This document shows, one piece after another, positions 19,204 to 30,133 of a stretch of DNA of 64,000 bases. The DNA is taken from positions 104,977-168,976 of the forward strand of contig DEJG01000019.1 in NCBI GenBank assembly GCA_002353295.1, read 5' to 3'. Position 1 is the stretch's first letter, and each line of letters opens with the position of its first letter. The notes under the pieces are model-generated. The model was not told the origin of the DNA, did no database searches, and saw only the letters and a list, made by a program, of their open reading frames with translations. A program made the translations under genes and the position numbers. This stretch comes from Prevotella sp. UBA2754. Its GTDB lineage: Bacteria > Bacteroidota > Bacteroidia > Bacteroidales > Bacteroidaceae.

Positions 19204-22200
19204 ATGAAAAAATTGAGATTTATAGTGTCGTGCCTATTGGCTGTGTCAGCATCGTCCCTTTGGGCTGCTGACTATACCGTGAATGGCAATTTTATTACGA
19301 TTCCTGTCAAAGATGCTAAAACTGATGGTGCCAAGGTGGTACGTCTGCAAGTAATTAATGACCGAATCATCCGTGTACAGGCCACATGCGAGGACATGTT
19401 CCCTCAGAAGAAAAGTCTGATGATAGTGGAACAAAAAGGCCAAGCTAAGTTTGATGTGAAACAGAAGGACGATAAGGTTTGTGTGAAAGCGCAGCAAGTG
19501 GAAGCTCGTGTTGATGTGGAGTCAGGTGAGATTGTATTCTATGATGCAACGGGCAAACAACTTCTCAAGGAATCTGATCAAGGCAAAAAATTCAAGAAGT
19601 TTACTGTTCCAGAACGTGAATACGGTATAAAAAATGGAGCTTCACTGACTGATGCCATGAAACACGGTATTCAGTGGCAGATGAAGTTTGACAGTCCTGC
19701 TGATGAAGCTTTCTACGGACTGGGTCAGCATCAGTCGGAAGAGTTTAATATGAAAGGAAAGAATGAAGACCTCTTCCAATATAACACCAAGGTATCAGTT
19801 CCCTTCGTACTTTCTAATAAGAATTATGGTATTCTATGGGATTCATATAGTTATTGTCGTTTTGGTAATCCCAATGATTATCTGCAACTGAATCGTGCCT
19901 TTAAACTCTATGACAAACAGGGTAAGGAAGGTCATCTGACAGGTACATATATTAGTAAGGAAGGTAAAAAGATTGTACGTGATGAGGATTCTATTTATTA
20001 CGAATATGGATTCCCTGCTACATCTGAAATTGCTGTAAAGACAGATAATGGCGGTATCAAGAATTTCCCCAAGGGATTGAATCTGCAAGGAGCTAATGTC
20101 GTGTATGAGGGCTTCCTTGAGCCAGAATGTTGTGGTAAGTGTGTCGGTAAAAAGCAGCTATATCAGTTCATACTTTATTATTCTGGCTATGTAAAGGTTT
20201 ATATTGATGGTAAGGAGGTCGTACCGGAGCGTTGGCGTACTGCCTGGAATCCAAACTCCTATAAATTTGCAACAGAATTGGCAAAAGGTAAGAAATCGCA
20301 GGTTCGCATTGAGTGGAAACCTGATGGTGGTGAAGCCTATTGTGGATTGCGTGTGGCAGAACCTCGGAGCGAAGAAGAGCGTGGAAAACTGAGTATCTGG
20401 AGTGAGATGGCTCGTGATATGGATTATTATTTCATTGCAGGTAAGAATTTTGATGAGGTCATCAGTGGCTATCGTACATTGACTGGTAAAGCTTCGCTCT
20501 ATCCTAAATGGGTGCTGGGCTTCTGGCAGAGCCGTGAGCGTTATAAGACGTCGCAGGAAATAGTAGAGACTCTTGCTGAGTTCCGTAAGCGTCATATTCC
20601 TATCGACAATATTGTGCAGGACTGGAATTACTGGAAAGAGGATCAGTGGGGAAGTCATCAGTTTGAATCGGAACGCTATCCAAACCCACAGGAGATGCTT
20701 GACAAGGTTCATGCCATGCATGGACGCTTCATGATCAGTGTATGGCCGAAGTTCTATGTCAATACCGATAACTACAAAGAACTCGATAAGAAGGGATGGA
20801 TGTACACCCAGGCTGTCAAGGACGATATCCACGATTGGGTAGGTCCTGGTTACGTAGGTGGTTTCTATGATGCTTACGATGCAGGGGCTCGTAAGATGTT
20901 CTGGCGCCAGATGGACGAGAATCTCTATACGAAATATAACAAAAATGGTGTAGCTGGTGTGGATGCCTGGTGGATGGATGCTTCAGAGCCCAATGTTCGC
21001 GACTGTACTCCGATGTGGTATCGTAAGGCCCTCTGCGGCCCAACAGCCCTAGGTACTTCTACAGAGTTCTTTAATGCATATTCTACAGTGAATGCTGATG
21101 CTATCTATAACGGGCAGCGTAGTGTCTATAAAGGAAAAGATAACGAGCCTCGTGTATTCCTGCTTACGCGTAGCGGCTTTGCTGGTGAACAGCGTTTCTC
21201 TACTGCAACATGGAGTGGTGATATCGGTACCCGTTGGGAAGATATGCGTGCACAGATGACGGCAGGTCTGAATTACTCAATGTCAGGTATTCCTTTCTGG
21301 GGCATGGACCAAGGTGGTTTCTGTGTAGAGAATCGTTATGTGGCTGCCCAGCAGTTGTTTGATCGTACTGGTCAGGAGAATGAAGACCTGAAGGAATGGC
21401 GTGAGCTGCAGACCCGTTGGAATCAGTTCGGTGCCTTTATTCCACTCTTCCGTGCCCATGGACAATGGCCTTTGCGTGAGATATGGAATATTGCTCCAGA
21501 CAATCATCCTGCTTATAAGTCGTTCGTTTACTACGATAAATTGCGCTATCGTCTGATGCCTTACATCTACTCAATGGCTGGATGGGCTCATTTCAAGGAC
21601 TATACGCTGATGCGTGCCTTGGTGATGGACTTTAACGGTGACAAGCAGGTAGAGAATATCGGTAACCAGTGGATGTTTGGTCCTGCACTGATGGCTTGTC
21701 CCGTCGGCTATTACAAGGCTCGTAACCGTAGCGTGTACTTCCCACAGCAGTGTGGATGGTATAACCTCTACACCAATGAATATGTAGAGGGTGGTCAGAC
21801 ACTCATCGTGGATGCTCCTTATGAGTGTATCCCTGTCTATGTCCGTGAGGGTGCTATCATTCCCTTTGGTCCTGAGATGGAGTGGAGTGATGAGAAACCT
21901 GCAGAACTTATTAACCTTTATGTGTATGCTGGTAAGGATGGCGAGTTCCAACTTTATGAAGATGAAGGAACTAATTATAATTACGAAAAAGGCAAGTATG
22001 CCACTATTGATATCACGTATGATGATACGTCACGCACAGTAAAGATCGGTGCACGCAAAGGTCAGTTCCCTGGTATGCTCAAGCAGCGCCGTTTCAATGT
22101 GGTGCTTATCTCCAAGGATGCTCCCAAAGCTCTCAATCTTGACAACCCAGAGGGAAAACTGGTGCAGTATAATGGTAAGGAAGTCAGTGTGAAGCTCTGA
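19204..22200 (+). CDS. GH31 alpha-xylosidase-like glycosidase with PA14 insertion
   Basis: Signal peptide, YGLGQHQ, IVQDWNYW, WWMDASEP nucleophile, WSGDI, PA14-like WRTAWNP...VRIEW segment. Confidence 0.88.
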   Translation: MKKLRFIVSCLLAVSASSLWAADYTVNGNFITIPVKDAKTDGAKVVRLQVINDRIIRVQATCEDMFPQKKSLMIVEQKGQAKFDVKQKDDKVCVKAQQVEARVDVESGEIVFYDATGKQLLKESDQGKKFKKFTVPEREYGIKNGASLTDAMKHGIQWQMKFDSPADEAFYGLGQHQSEEFNMKGKNEDLFQYNTKVSVPFVLSNKNYGILWDSYSYCRFGNPNDYLQLNRAFKLYDKQGKEGHLTGTYISKEGKKIVRDEDSIYYEYGFPATSEIAVKTDNGGIKNFPKGLNLQGANVVYEGFLEPECCGKCVGKKQLYQFILYYSGYVKVYIDGKEVVPERWRTAWNPNSYKFATELAKGKKSQVRIEWKPDGGEAYCGLRVAEPRSEEERGKLSIWSEMARDMDYYFIAGKNFDEVISGYRTLTGKASLYPKWVLGFWQSRERYKTSQEIVETLAEFRKRHIPIDNIVQDWNYWKEDQWGSHQFESERYPNPQEMLDKVHAMHGRFMISVWPKFYVNTDNYKELDKKGWMYTQAVKDDIHDWVGPGYVGGFYDAYDAGARKMFWRQMDENLYTKYNKNGVAGVDAWWMDASEPNVRDCTPMWYRKALCGPTALGTSTEFFNAYSTVNADAIYNGQRSVYKGKDNEPRVFLLTRSGFAGEQRFSTATWSGDIGTRWEDMRAQMTAGLNYSMSGIPFWGMDQGGFCVENRYVAAQQLFDRTGQENEDLKEWRELQTRWNQFGAFIPLFRAHGQWPLREIWNIAPDNHPAYKSFVYYDKLRYRLMPYIYSMAGWAHFKDYTLMRALVMDFNGDKQVENIGNQWMFGPALMACPVGYYKARNRSVYFPQQCGWYNLYTNEYVEGGQTLIVDAPYECIPVYVREGAIIPFGPEMEWSDEKPAELINLYVYAGKDGEFQLYEDEGTNYNYEKGKYATIDITYDDTSRTVKIGARKGQFPGMLKQRRFNVVLISKDAPKALNLDNPEGKLVQYNGKEVSVKL

Positions 22201-22219
22201 ATAATAGAACCCTAAATAC

Positions 22220-22462
22220 ATGACGCTTATGAAGAAGAAATGGAAAATTCTGGAGAATAGGGCAGTGCTGCAAATCTTGACATGGTTGGGCATTGGCTCC
22301 ACCTCACTCATCTTCATGGCATGCTACGGATCGGCTCCACGCAATTACCAGGTGGTGGAGGAGGAAGACTCTACCGTAGTGATGGTTGGTGACAGTGTCG
22401 TGATGGCTGTTGATGCAGCTGCCGATGTGGCTGCCGCCGATTCCAAAGCTGAGGCTAAGTAA
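22220..22462 (+). CDS. Small radical SAM-associated putative lipoprotein (TIGR04134-like)
   Basis: Basic N-terminus, hydrophobic stretch, IFMA|CYG lipobox (Cys codon 22322-22324); 5 nt upstream of the rSAM gene. Alternative start at 22229. Confidence 0.8.
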   Translation: MTLMKKKWKILENRAVLQILTWLGIGSTSLIFMACYGSAPRNYQVVEEEDSTVVMVGDSVVMAVDAAADVAAADSKAEAK

Positions 22463-22467
22463 AACGC

Positions 22468-23556
22468 ATGGCTATGAAGGCGACCCCACTGGCCCTTAAG
22501 AAGAAATTCGCCTTGGAACTTTGGCGAAAACGTGAACAGAACATGCTGCAGGAACATCCCCTGCAGCAACTGTTTTGGGAGTGTACGCTGCGCTGTAATC
22601 TCCGTTGCAGACATTGTGGCAGTGACTGCAAGACCCTTGCAGACCGTCAGGACATGCCCAAAGAAGACTTCCTGCGGGTACTTGACAGTGTAGCGCGGCG
22701 ATGCAATCCCCATCAAGTGTTCGTGGTTGTATCTGGTGGTGAGCCCTTGATGCGTGAAGACTTGGAGGAGTGTTGTTCTGCCATCTATGCGAAAGGATTT
22801 CCATGGGGAATGGTTACCAATGGTCTGTTACTTTCTGCCGGGCGTCTGGAGCGCCTGTTGAAGGCGGGTATGCACTCTATTACCATTAGTCTTGATGGGT
22901 TGGAGGATGACCACAACTGGATGCGAGGTCATCCGCATAGCTTTCAGTGTGTTGATGAGGCCATCTCCCTGTTGGTTCGGTTGCCGCAGGTATCCTTCGA
23001 TATAGTGACGTGTGTTAATCAGCGTAACTACCCCAAGCTTCCAGAGCTTCGTGACTATCTGATAGCAAAAGGTGTCCGTCATTGGCGCATCTTTACTGTT
23101 TTCCCAGTAGGCCGTGCGGCTCATGATCCGGAATTGCAGCTATCAGATGAGGAGTTCAAAGGCGTCTTCGAGTTTATCCGTTCAACCAGGCGCGAAGGCA
23201 ATATCGGGCTAAATTACGGTTGTGAGGGATTCCTGGGCAATTACGAGGGCGAAGTGCGCGACCATCTCTTCACCTGTCAGGCTGGTGTGACCATTGGCTC
23301 CGTCTTGATTGACGGTTCTATTTCAGCATGTACCAGTATTCGCAGCGACTATCACCAAGGTAATATCTATCACGATGACTTTATGGATGTTTGGGAGCGT
23401 CGTTTCCTCCCTTACAGGAACCATGAATGGATGCGCCGTGACCAGTGTGCCGACTGCTCTTATTTCCGCTATTGTCAAGGCAATGGCATGCATCTGCGTG
23501 ACGGCGATGGCGGTCTGTTGTTGTGTCATGTAAAGCGGCTGAACAGTACCGAGTAA
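22468..23556 (+). CDS. Radical SAM/SPASM enzyme of the rSAM/lipoprotein system (TIGR04133-like)
   Basis: CNLRCRHC (CxxxCxxC), SGGEPL, SPASM region CQAG..SISAC..CADCSYFRYCQG. Confidence 0.88.
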   Translation: MAMKATPLALKKKFALELWRKREQNMLQEHPLQQLFWECTLRCNLRCRHCGSDCKTLADRQDMPKEDFLRVLDSVARRCNPHQVFVVVSGGEPLMREDLEECCSAIYAKGFPWGMVTNGLLLSAGRLERLLKAGMHSITISLDGLEDDHNWMRGHPHSFQCVDEAISLLVRLPQVSFDIVTCVNQRNYPKLPELRDYLIAKGVRHWRIFTVFPVGRAAHDPELQLSDEEFKGVFEFIRSTRREGNIGLNYGCEGFLGNYEGEVRDHLFTCQAGVTIGSVLIDGSISACTSIRSDYHQGNIYHDDFMDVWERRFLPYRNHEWMRRDQCADCSYFRYCQGNGMHLRDGDGGLLLCHVKRLNSTE

Positions 23557-23622
23557 AAATTGTGGGTATTTTTTTACTTGTTTTGCTTCTTTTTATAGAA
23601 TAAAAGATGTATCTTTGCAATC

Positions 23623-25395
23623 ATGAAACTGAAATACCTATTACTAACCTTCCTTGCAGCTACCCAGATGGTGGTGATGCAAGCCGCAAATAAGACTGAC
23701 TATAAGGAATCGAAGGAATTTGTGACTCTTCGAGACTCAGTGCATCATGCTTTCAATAATGACGACAGCATCCGTTTCTTTAAGGCTGTTAAACAATTGG
23801 AGGAATACCTGCTAAAGCAAGATGACATGCACGCCTATTATACGCAGCGTTGCAATGAAATCGTCTTTGAACTGAACAGACAGCGTATATTCGAGGCTTA
23901 TAAGTTGGCTACTCAGTTGTCCAAAGAACTGACGGAGAAGAAACTCGACAAGGAGATGTATATGGCCATCAATATGATGGGACATGTATATAACTATAGT
24001 GGTGACAAAGCCAGTGCCAAGCAGTGCTTCTGGGAGGTGATACGCCGTATGGAGCAGGAAGGGTACAGGGAGAGTCAGCCACCTATTTACATGAATCTGG
24101 TGAATATCCTGATGGACGAAAACCCGCAGGAAGCCTTGCGCTTGATTGACCAGGCAGCATCCATAGCCCAAGAGACTTCACCCGAGCGGTTGTTCGATAT
24201 TGAGACACGCCGCACCCTGGCTTATTACCTGATGGGTGATAAGCAGCGGTTCCTGGAGGGCTATCAAGCCTACCGCGAAGGAGTGGCTAAGGGCTATTCC
24301 TCAGTTCATGGCCGCAGGTTGGAAGTCTATTATCAGGCCACCCTTGGAAATATTGACGAGGCGATTCGCTTAGCAGGAGAAAGTTCGGAGGACCCTCACG
24401 AGACGCAAGCGGAAATATTTGCGGGGGCAGGCAGGTGGCAAGAGGCTTTTGAAGCCCTTAAGAAAGGTACTGCCGAGACCGACTCCATCAACAGCCTGTT
24501 GCTGAGCAGTTCGATGCAGGGTATTCAGAACGAATTAAAGGCCTATGAGACAGAGCGCCAGGCTTTCAGGCGTTGGGTCTATGCCCTTGCATTTATCATC
24601 ATCCTCCTACTGTTGTTGGCACTGGCATTTGTGTATATTGTCCAGATGAGACGGCGTTATTGGCGCGAGATGGAAAAAGCTTACCAGCGAGTGCTGGAGT
24701 CCGACAAAATTAAGACGGCATTCATCCAGAATGTCAGTCATGAGGTACGTACACCGCTGAATATCATTAGCGGTTATGCGCAGATTATTGCAGACCCAGA
24801 CTATGACATTAGTCCCTATGAACGCAAGCGTATGGCCCATACGATGATAGATAACATGCAAGTCATCACTACGATGATTGATGAAGTTTTAGAGATTTCG
24901 CTTAGTGAATCTGCAGGGTTGGAAAAAGATCTGACGAACTATCCCTGCAATGAATTGTTGCGACGTTTGTTGGACGAGTTCAAGAAAACGATAGGAGAGA
25001 CTCCTCTGGCGATTCAATATGAAAGTACCCTCGATGACCAGTTTACCATCTCCACACATGAAGGCATTATGCGTCGCATTATTCATCCACTGATCGATAA
25101 TGCCGTAAAGAATACAAAGAAAGGACAGGTGACTCTGCGCTGTTCCGCCACTCCCAGCCATTTGGTCATCCAAGTGGAAGATACTGGTTGTGGTATCCCA
25201 GCCAATCAGGCAGAACATATATTTGACCGATTCGTAAAACTTGATACTTTTAAAGAAGGCATGGGACTTGGCTTGACATTTAGTCGTGCTATGGCTAATC
25301 GTTTAGGTGGTAATGTGCGTCTTGATACGTCCTATGCAGGACCTGGTGCCCGTTTTGAGGTCATAATTCCATTTGAAAATCAAGAAAAGAAATAA
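23623..25395 (+). CDS. Sensor histidine kinase with helical (TPR-like) periplasmic domain
   Basis: Signal peptide, TM, FIQNVSHEVRTPLN, DNAVK, DTGCGI, GMGLGL. Confidence 0.9.
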   Translation: MKLKYLLLTFLAATQMVVMQAANKTDYKESKEFVTLRDSVHHAFNNDDSIRFFKAVKQLEEYLLKQDDMHAYYTQRCNEIVFELNRQRIFEAYKLATQLSKELTEKKLDKEMYMAINMMGHVYNYSGDKASAKQCFWEVIRRMEQEGYRESQPPIYMNLVNILMDENPQEALRLIDQAASIAQETSPERLFDIETRRTLAYYLMGDKQRFLEGYQAYREGVAKGYSSVHGRRLEVYYQATLGNIDEAIRLAGESSEDPHETQAEIFAGAGRWQEAFEALKKGTAETDSINSLLLSSSMQGIQNELKAYETERQAFRRWVYALAFIIILLLLLALAFVYIVQMRRRYWREMEKAYQRVLESDKIKTAFIQNVSHEVRTPLNIISGYAQIIADPDYDISPYERKRMAHTMIDNMQVITTMIDEVLEISLSESAGLEKDLTNYPCNELLRRLLDEFKKTIGETPLAIQYESTLDDQFTISTHEGIMRRIIHPLIDNAVKNTKKGQVTLRCSATPSHLVIQVEDTGCGIPANQAEHIFDRFVKLDTFKEGMGLGLTFSRAMANRLGGNVRLDTSYAGPGARFEVIIPFENQEKK

Positions 25396-25401
25396 GATGT
25401 C

Positions 25402-27816
25402 ATGAAAAGAATGATTTTTCTATTGGTAGTGCTGTTGACAACTACCATTATCCTACAGGCTCGTCATCGCGAGAATTTTGATAAAGGATGGCGGTTTGTC
25501 CTAGCTGATTCAGCACAGATGTCAAGCCCAACATATAGTGATGCTCATTGGCGTCAACTTAATCTGCCTCATGATTGGGCAGTGGAAGGCGATTTCTTGG
25601 CATCTAACCCCTCGGGAGCTGGCGGAGGAGCACTGCCAGGCGGTATAGGCTGGTATCGGAAAACGTTCACTCTTTCAGGTAATGACGCTCCACAGAGCCG
25701 TTATTTCATCGAGTTTGATGGCGTATATATGAATTCTACGGTCTATGTAAACGGACAGGAAGTAGGCCATCGACCTTATGGCTACAGTTCATTCGAATAT
25801 GAAATAACACAGTTTCTGAAGAAGGGAAGTAATGTGATAGCTGTGCGTGTAGACAATAGTGACCAACCTAATTCACGTTGGTATTCAGGTTGTGGAATCT
25901 ATCGCCATGTGTGGTTTACCAAGACCGGTAAGGTGCGTGTGGCACATTGGGGAACGCATGTAAAAACCCTCCCCGTTGCTATAGCTGACAGGAAGTGGTG
26001 GACGGTGGCAACCTATGTGACGCTTGATGGCGTCACAAACGAGAAGGCACAGGTGGTAAACACACTGTATGATGTCGCAGGAAAAAAGATAGGGAATGCT
26101 AAAGGACTTTCGTCAACCATAAGGGTTACAGAGCCCCAGCTATGGTCACCAGCAGTTCCCCATACTTATAAGCTTCAGACAGAAGTGGTGGTCAATGGAA
26201 AAACTGTTGATACCTACGAGACGCTGACGGCTTTCCGTGACTTCCGTTTCGATGCGCAAACGGGATTCTGGCTTAATGGCAAAAATATGAAGTTGAATGG
26301 CGTTTGCGAACACCATGACTTTGGTTGTTTAGGTGCTGTCATCAACGAGGATGCCATGCATCGCAAACTCTCCAAACTGAAGACGATGGGGGTTAATGCC
26401 ATCCGATCGTCACATAATCCGCCTGCTCCCGAACTGCTGAACATGTGCGACACGATGGGATTCATCGTCATGGATGAGAGTTTTGACATGTGGCGCCGTC
26501 GCAAGACTCAGAACGACTATGCCCGTTTCTTCGATGAGTGGCACGAGCGTGACCTTTCCGATTTAATACTCCGCGACCGCAATCACCCATGTATTCTGAT
26601 GTGGTCGATAGGCAACGAAGTGCTGGAGCAGTGGTCAAGTGCCGATGCAGACACGCTGACACTCGAACAGGCTAACCTTATCCTGAATGCAGGACATGAT
26701 GCTTCCACCCTTGCTAAGGACGGGGAGATGAGTGTTCAAACTCTCTTGGCCGAACACTTGGCGGATATAGTACACCGCTATGACACAACACGTCCTATAA
26801 CAGCTGGTTGTAACGAACCTTCTCCTGGTAATCATTTGTTTAAGGGAAAAGCTCTTGATATCATAGGTTTTAACTACCATCATGAGTGGATTAAGGATGT
26901 TCCGAAGAATTTCCCCAATCGTCCCTTTATCATGACGGAAAGTGTGTCAGCCCTACAAACTACTGGATTCTATATGATGCCTTCCGATAAGATTTTTAAG
27001 GCTCCACAAGAATGGTGGCTACCCTATACCGACCCTTCGATGATGTGTTCGGCTTACGACAATATGCATGCTTCGTGGTCGACAACGCACGAGCAAAACT
27101 GGGATGTCGTGAAGCATACCCCCTATTGTGGCGGACAGTTTATTTGGACAGGATTCGACTATATCGGCGAACCTACGCCCTATAGTTTCCCTGCCCGTAG
27201 CAGCTACTTCGGTATTATCGACTTGGCAGGTCAGCCCAAGGATGTCTATTACATGTATCAGAGCGAATGGACAGAAAAACCGGTACTCCACCTTTTCCCG
27301 CACTGGAATTGGTTGGATGGACAGGAAATAGATATGTGGTGTTATTATAACCAAGCCGATGAGGTGGAACTCTTTATCAACGGCAAATCACAAGGCGTGC
27401 GTGCCAAGAAGGACAGTCACCAGTATCATGTAATGTGGCGTGTCAAGTTCGAGTCAGGTGAAGTGAAGGCAGTGGCTCGCAAAGATGGAAAAATTGTGCG
27501 CGAACAGGTAATCAAAACAGCAGGCCAGCCTGACCGTATCCAACTGTCTGTGGACTATCAGGGTAAGAACACTACATGGGTGAAAGCTACCGTTGTGGAT
27601 AAAGATGGCAACCGATGTCCTTGGGCAGAGAATCAGGTGTTCTTTGAGACCGATGCTACTATCATCGGTGTTGATAATGGTTGTCAGTTCTCCATGGAGC
27701 GCTTCAAGGATGATAAACGTAAGGCATTCTTCGGGCGTTGTTTCGTCGTTCTTAATGGTCATGGTACCCTGACCGCTAAAGCAATAGGATTGAAATCAAA
27801 TACTATCAAACTATGA
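25402..27816 (+). CDS. GH2 beta-galactosidase-like glycosidase
   Basis: LPHDW, GVCEHHD, IRSSHNPP, WSIGNE acid/base, FIWTGFDYIGEP. Confidence 0.9.
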   Translation: MKRMIFLLVVLLTTTIILQARHRENFDKGWRFVLADSAQMSSPTYSDAHWRQLNLPHDWAVEGDFLASNPSGAGGGALPGGIGWYRKTFTLSGNDAPQSRYFIEFDGVYMNSTVYVNGQEVGHRPYGYSSFEYEITQFLKKGSNVIAVRVDNSDQPNSRWYSGCGIYRHVWFTKTGKVRVAHWGTHVKTLPVAIADRKWWTVATYVTLDGVTNEKAQVVNTLYDVAGKKIGNAKGLSSTIRVTEPQLWSPAVPHTYKLQTEVVVNGKTVDTYETLTAFRDFRFDAQTGFWLNGKNMKLNGVCEHHDFGCLGAVINEDAMHRKLSKLKTMGVNAIRSSHNPPAPELLNMCDTMGFIVMDESFDMWRRRKTQNDYARFFDEWHERDLSDLILRDRNHPCILMWSIGNEVLEQWSSADADTLTLEQANLILNAGHDASTLAKDGEMSVQTLLAEHLADIVHRYDTTRPITAGCNEPSPGNHLFKGKALDIIGFNYHHEWIKDVPKNFPNRPFIMTESVSALQTTGFYMMPSDKIFKAPQEWWLPYTDPSMMCSAYDNMHASWSTTHEQNWDVVKHTPYCGGQFIWTGFDYIGEPTPYSFPARSSYFGIIDLAGQPKDVYYMYQSEWTEKPVLHLFPHWNWLDGQEIDMWCYYNQADEVELFINGKSQGVRAKKDSHQYHVMWRVKFESGEVKAVARKDGKIVREQVIKTAGQPDRIQLSVDYQGKNTTWVKATVVDKDGNRCPWAENQVFFETDATIIGVDNGCQFSMERFKDDKRKAFFGRCFVVLNGHGTLTAKAIGLKSNTIKL

Positions 27817-30128
27817 AAAAGTTTTTCTATATTTTAGGATTCATGGGCTTCTCGCTGTGTGCTGAGGCTCAGTTGCAAACTTCTGCAGGAATCCAGTACC
27901 TCCAGTGTATGCCTAAAGACCAATCGGCTGATTTCTCAGACTTGAGTAACACCTATTTCCTGGCTGATTCGTTGGTGTCGTTTGATGCAGCGAAAGGTGA
28001 GGGTAAACTGAATTGGAAGCGTTATCGTCTCTCACCACGTCAAGCGTTTAACCTCAATGGCTATTGGCCAGTTAGGATGCATACGCTGGACTTCCCAGAT
28101 ACGGAATACGATAATGATCCGAACTTATCGTTTAAGATTGATTTTGTGAGTCCTCGTTGTGTGAGAATTCGTTTGGCTACTTCGCCTATTGAGGCTCCGC
28201 GTAAGGACAGCGAAAGTATCATGCTGGCAGGGGCGGTGCCTTCGTCTTCTGCTTGGCGGTTGGTTAGCAACAATAATATTGTTGCATACAAGACAGAATA
28301 TGGCACAGTTGAGATACAGAAATATCCTTGGCGCATTGTGCTGAAGGATAAGAACGGGAAAATCATGACGCAGACCCGTCACCTCATTGATAATGACTCC
28401 TCACAGGTAAAGTTGCTTCCCTTCTCATTTATCAAGCGTGGTTCCGATAATTCGCGCAGCATCAATCCCGTGTTGACCATTGCTCCAGGTGAACGCATCT
28501 ATGGTTGTGGTGAATCCTTCGGAGCATTGAATAAAGTGGGACAGAAAGTTCAAATCATGGTGACTGACCCTCAGGGACCTGAGACAGACGGACAGTACAA
28601 GCCCGTGCCGTTCTTCTTCTCGAACCGTGGCTATGGTGTATTCCTGCATACCTCAGCCCCCATTACCGCCGATTTCGGCGCATCTTATATCGGAGCAGAT
28701 AGGTTGTTCATGGCTGATGAGCAGTTGGATATGTTTGTTTTCTTTGGAGAACCAAAAGATATTCTTAACGAATATACCAACATCACGGGCAAGTCGCCTA
28801 TGTTACCTTTATGGACCTTTGGAACATGGATGAGTCGTATCACCTATTTTTCGCAGGAGGAAGGATTGGAGATAGCCAAGCAACTGCGTCAGCACAAGAT
28901 TCCAAGTGATGTCATTCATTTCGATACAGGATGGTTCGGTGTTGACTGGCAGTGCGACTACGAGTTTGCCAAGGATCGTTTCAAGAATCCCAAGGGCATG
29001 CTCGACCAGATGAAGCGCGACGGCTTCCACACCTGTCTGTGGCAGTTGCCTTACTTCACTCCCAAGAACCGTTTCTTCCGTGAGATCGTTGACGGAGGTA
29101 TGGCTGTTAAGAATGCAGCCGGCAGTCTGCCCTACGAGGATGCAGTACTCGACTTCACCAACCCGAAGACCGTCAGTTGGTATCAGTCGAAGATTGAAGG
29201 ACTCATGAAGTTAGGCGTTGCCACCATCAAGTGCGACTTTGGTGAGGCTGCACCTTATGATGGTTTCTATCACAATGGACGTGGTGGTCTCTATGAGCAT
29301 AATCTTTATCCTGTTCGTTATAATAAAGCTTTATGGGAACAAGTAGAGCGCTCGCATCCAGGCGAGGGCGTCATCTGGGCTCGCAGTGCATGGGCAGGTT
29401 CACAGCGTTATGCCCTCCATTGGGGAGGCGATGCAGCCACCACTAATACGGGTATGCTGGGCGACCTCCGTGGCGGGTTGTCATTCGGACTCAGCGGTTT
29501 CTCCTTCTGGAGTCATGATATGGGTGGTTTTGTGACGGCATCTCCAGAAGATATTTATCGCCGTTGGCTGCCCTTTGGCTTCCTGTCAAGTCATACGCGT
29601 GCTCATGGAGCACCTCCCACCGAACCTTGGCTTATCAGCGAGAGCTTCACGAAGGCTTTCCGTCAGGCTGCCGAGATGAAGTATAAATTGATGCCTTACG
29701 TTTATGCACAAGCTAAGGATTGTACGGAACGAGGACTGCCGATGGTACGTGCACTGTTGGTGGAATTCCCAGAAGATCCAGGTGCTTGGCTTGTAGAGGA
29801 TGAGTATATGTTTGGTTCACAGATACTCGTTGCTCCTTTGCTAGAGTCTGGTGATAGCCGTACTGTCTACTTACCACGCGGCAAATGGATTGACTATCAG
29901 AGTGGAAAAGTTTATGAAGGTGGTTACCAAACCGTCAAAGTGGGAGAGATTCCTGCTGTGATTTTGGTTCGTGACGGCTCATTGATTCCTCATGCACCTC
30001 TTGCTCAGCGTACAGACCAGATTCAGTGGGACAAGGTTGAGATGAAAGTGTATAAGGCTGATGCAAAGACATGCACGGGATTACTCTACAAACCTGGTGA
30101 CAGTCAGTTACAGACGATTACAAACTAA
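27813..30128 (+). CDS. GH31 alpha-xylosidase (YicI-like)
   Basis: IHFDTGW, IKCDFGE nucleophile, WGGD, FWSHDMGGF, HTRAHG. Confidence 0.88.
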   Translation: MKKFFYILGFMGFSLCAEAQLQTSAGIQYLQCMPKDQSADFSDLSNTYFLADSLVSFDAAKGEGKLNWKRYRLSPRQAFNLNGYWPVRMHTLDFPDTEYDNDPNLSFKIDFVSPRCVRIRLATSPIEAPRKDSESIMLAGAVPSSSAWRLVSNNNIVAYKTEYGTVEIQKYPWRIVLKDKNGKIMTQTRHLIDNDSSQVKLLPFSFIKRGSDNSRSINPVLTIAPGERIYGCGESFGALNKVGQKVQIMVTDPQGPETDGQYKPVPFFFSNRGYGVFLHTSAPITADFGASYIGADRLFMADEQLDMFVFFGEPKDILNEYTNITGKSPMLPLWTFGTWMSRITYFSQEEGLEIAKQLRQHKIPSDVIHFDTGWFGVDWQCDYEFAKDRFKNPKGMLDQMKRDGFHTCLWQLPYFTPKNRFFREIVDGGMAVKNAAGSLPYEDAVLDFTNPKTVSWYQSKIEGLMKLGVATIKCDFGEAAPYDGFYHNGRGGLYEHNLYPVRYNKALWEQVERSHPGEGVIWARSAWAGSQRYALHWGGDAATTNTGMLGDLRGGLSFGLSGFSFWSHDMGGFVTASPEDIYRRWLPFGFLSSHTRAHGAPPTEPWLISESFTKAFRQAAEMKYKLMPYVYAQAKDCTERGLPMVRALLVEFPEDPGAWLVEDEYMFGSQILVAPLLESGDSRTVYLPRGKWIDYQSGKVYEGGYQTVKVGEIPAVILVRDGSLIPHAPLAQRTDQIQWDKVEMKVYKADAKTCTGLLYKPGDSQLQTITN

Positions 30129-30133
30129 TATTC

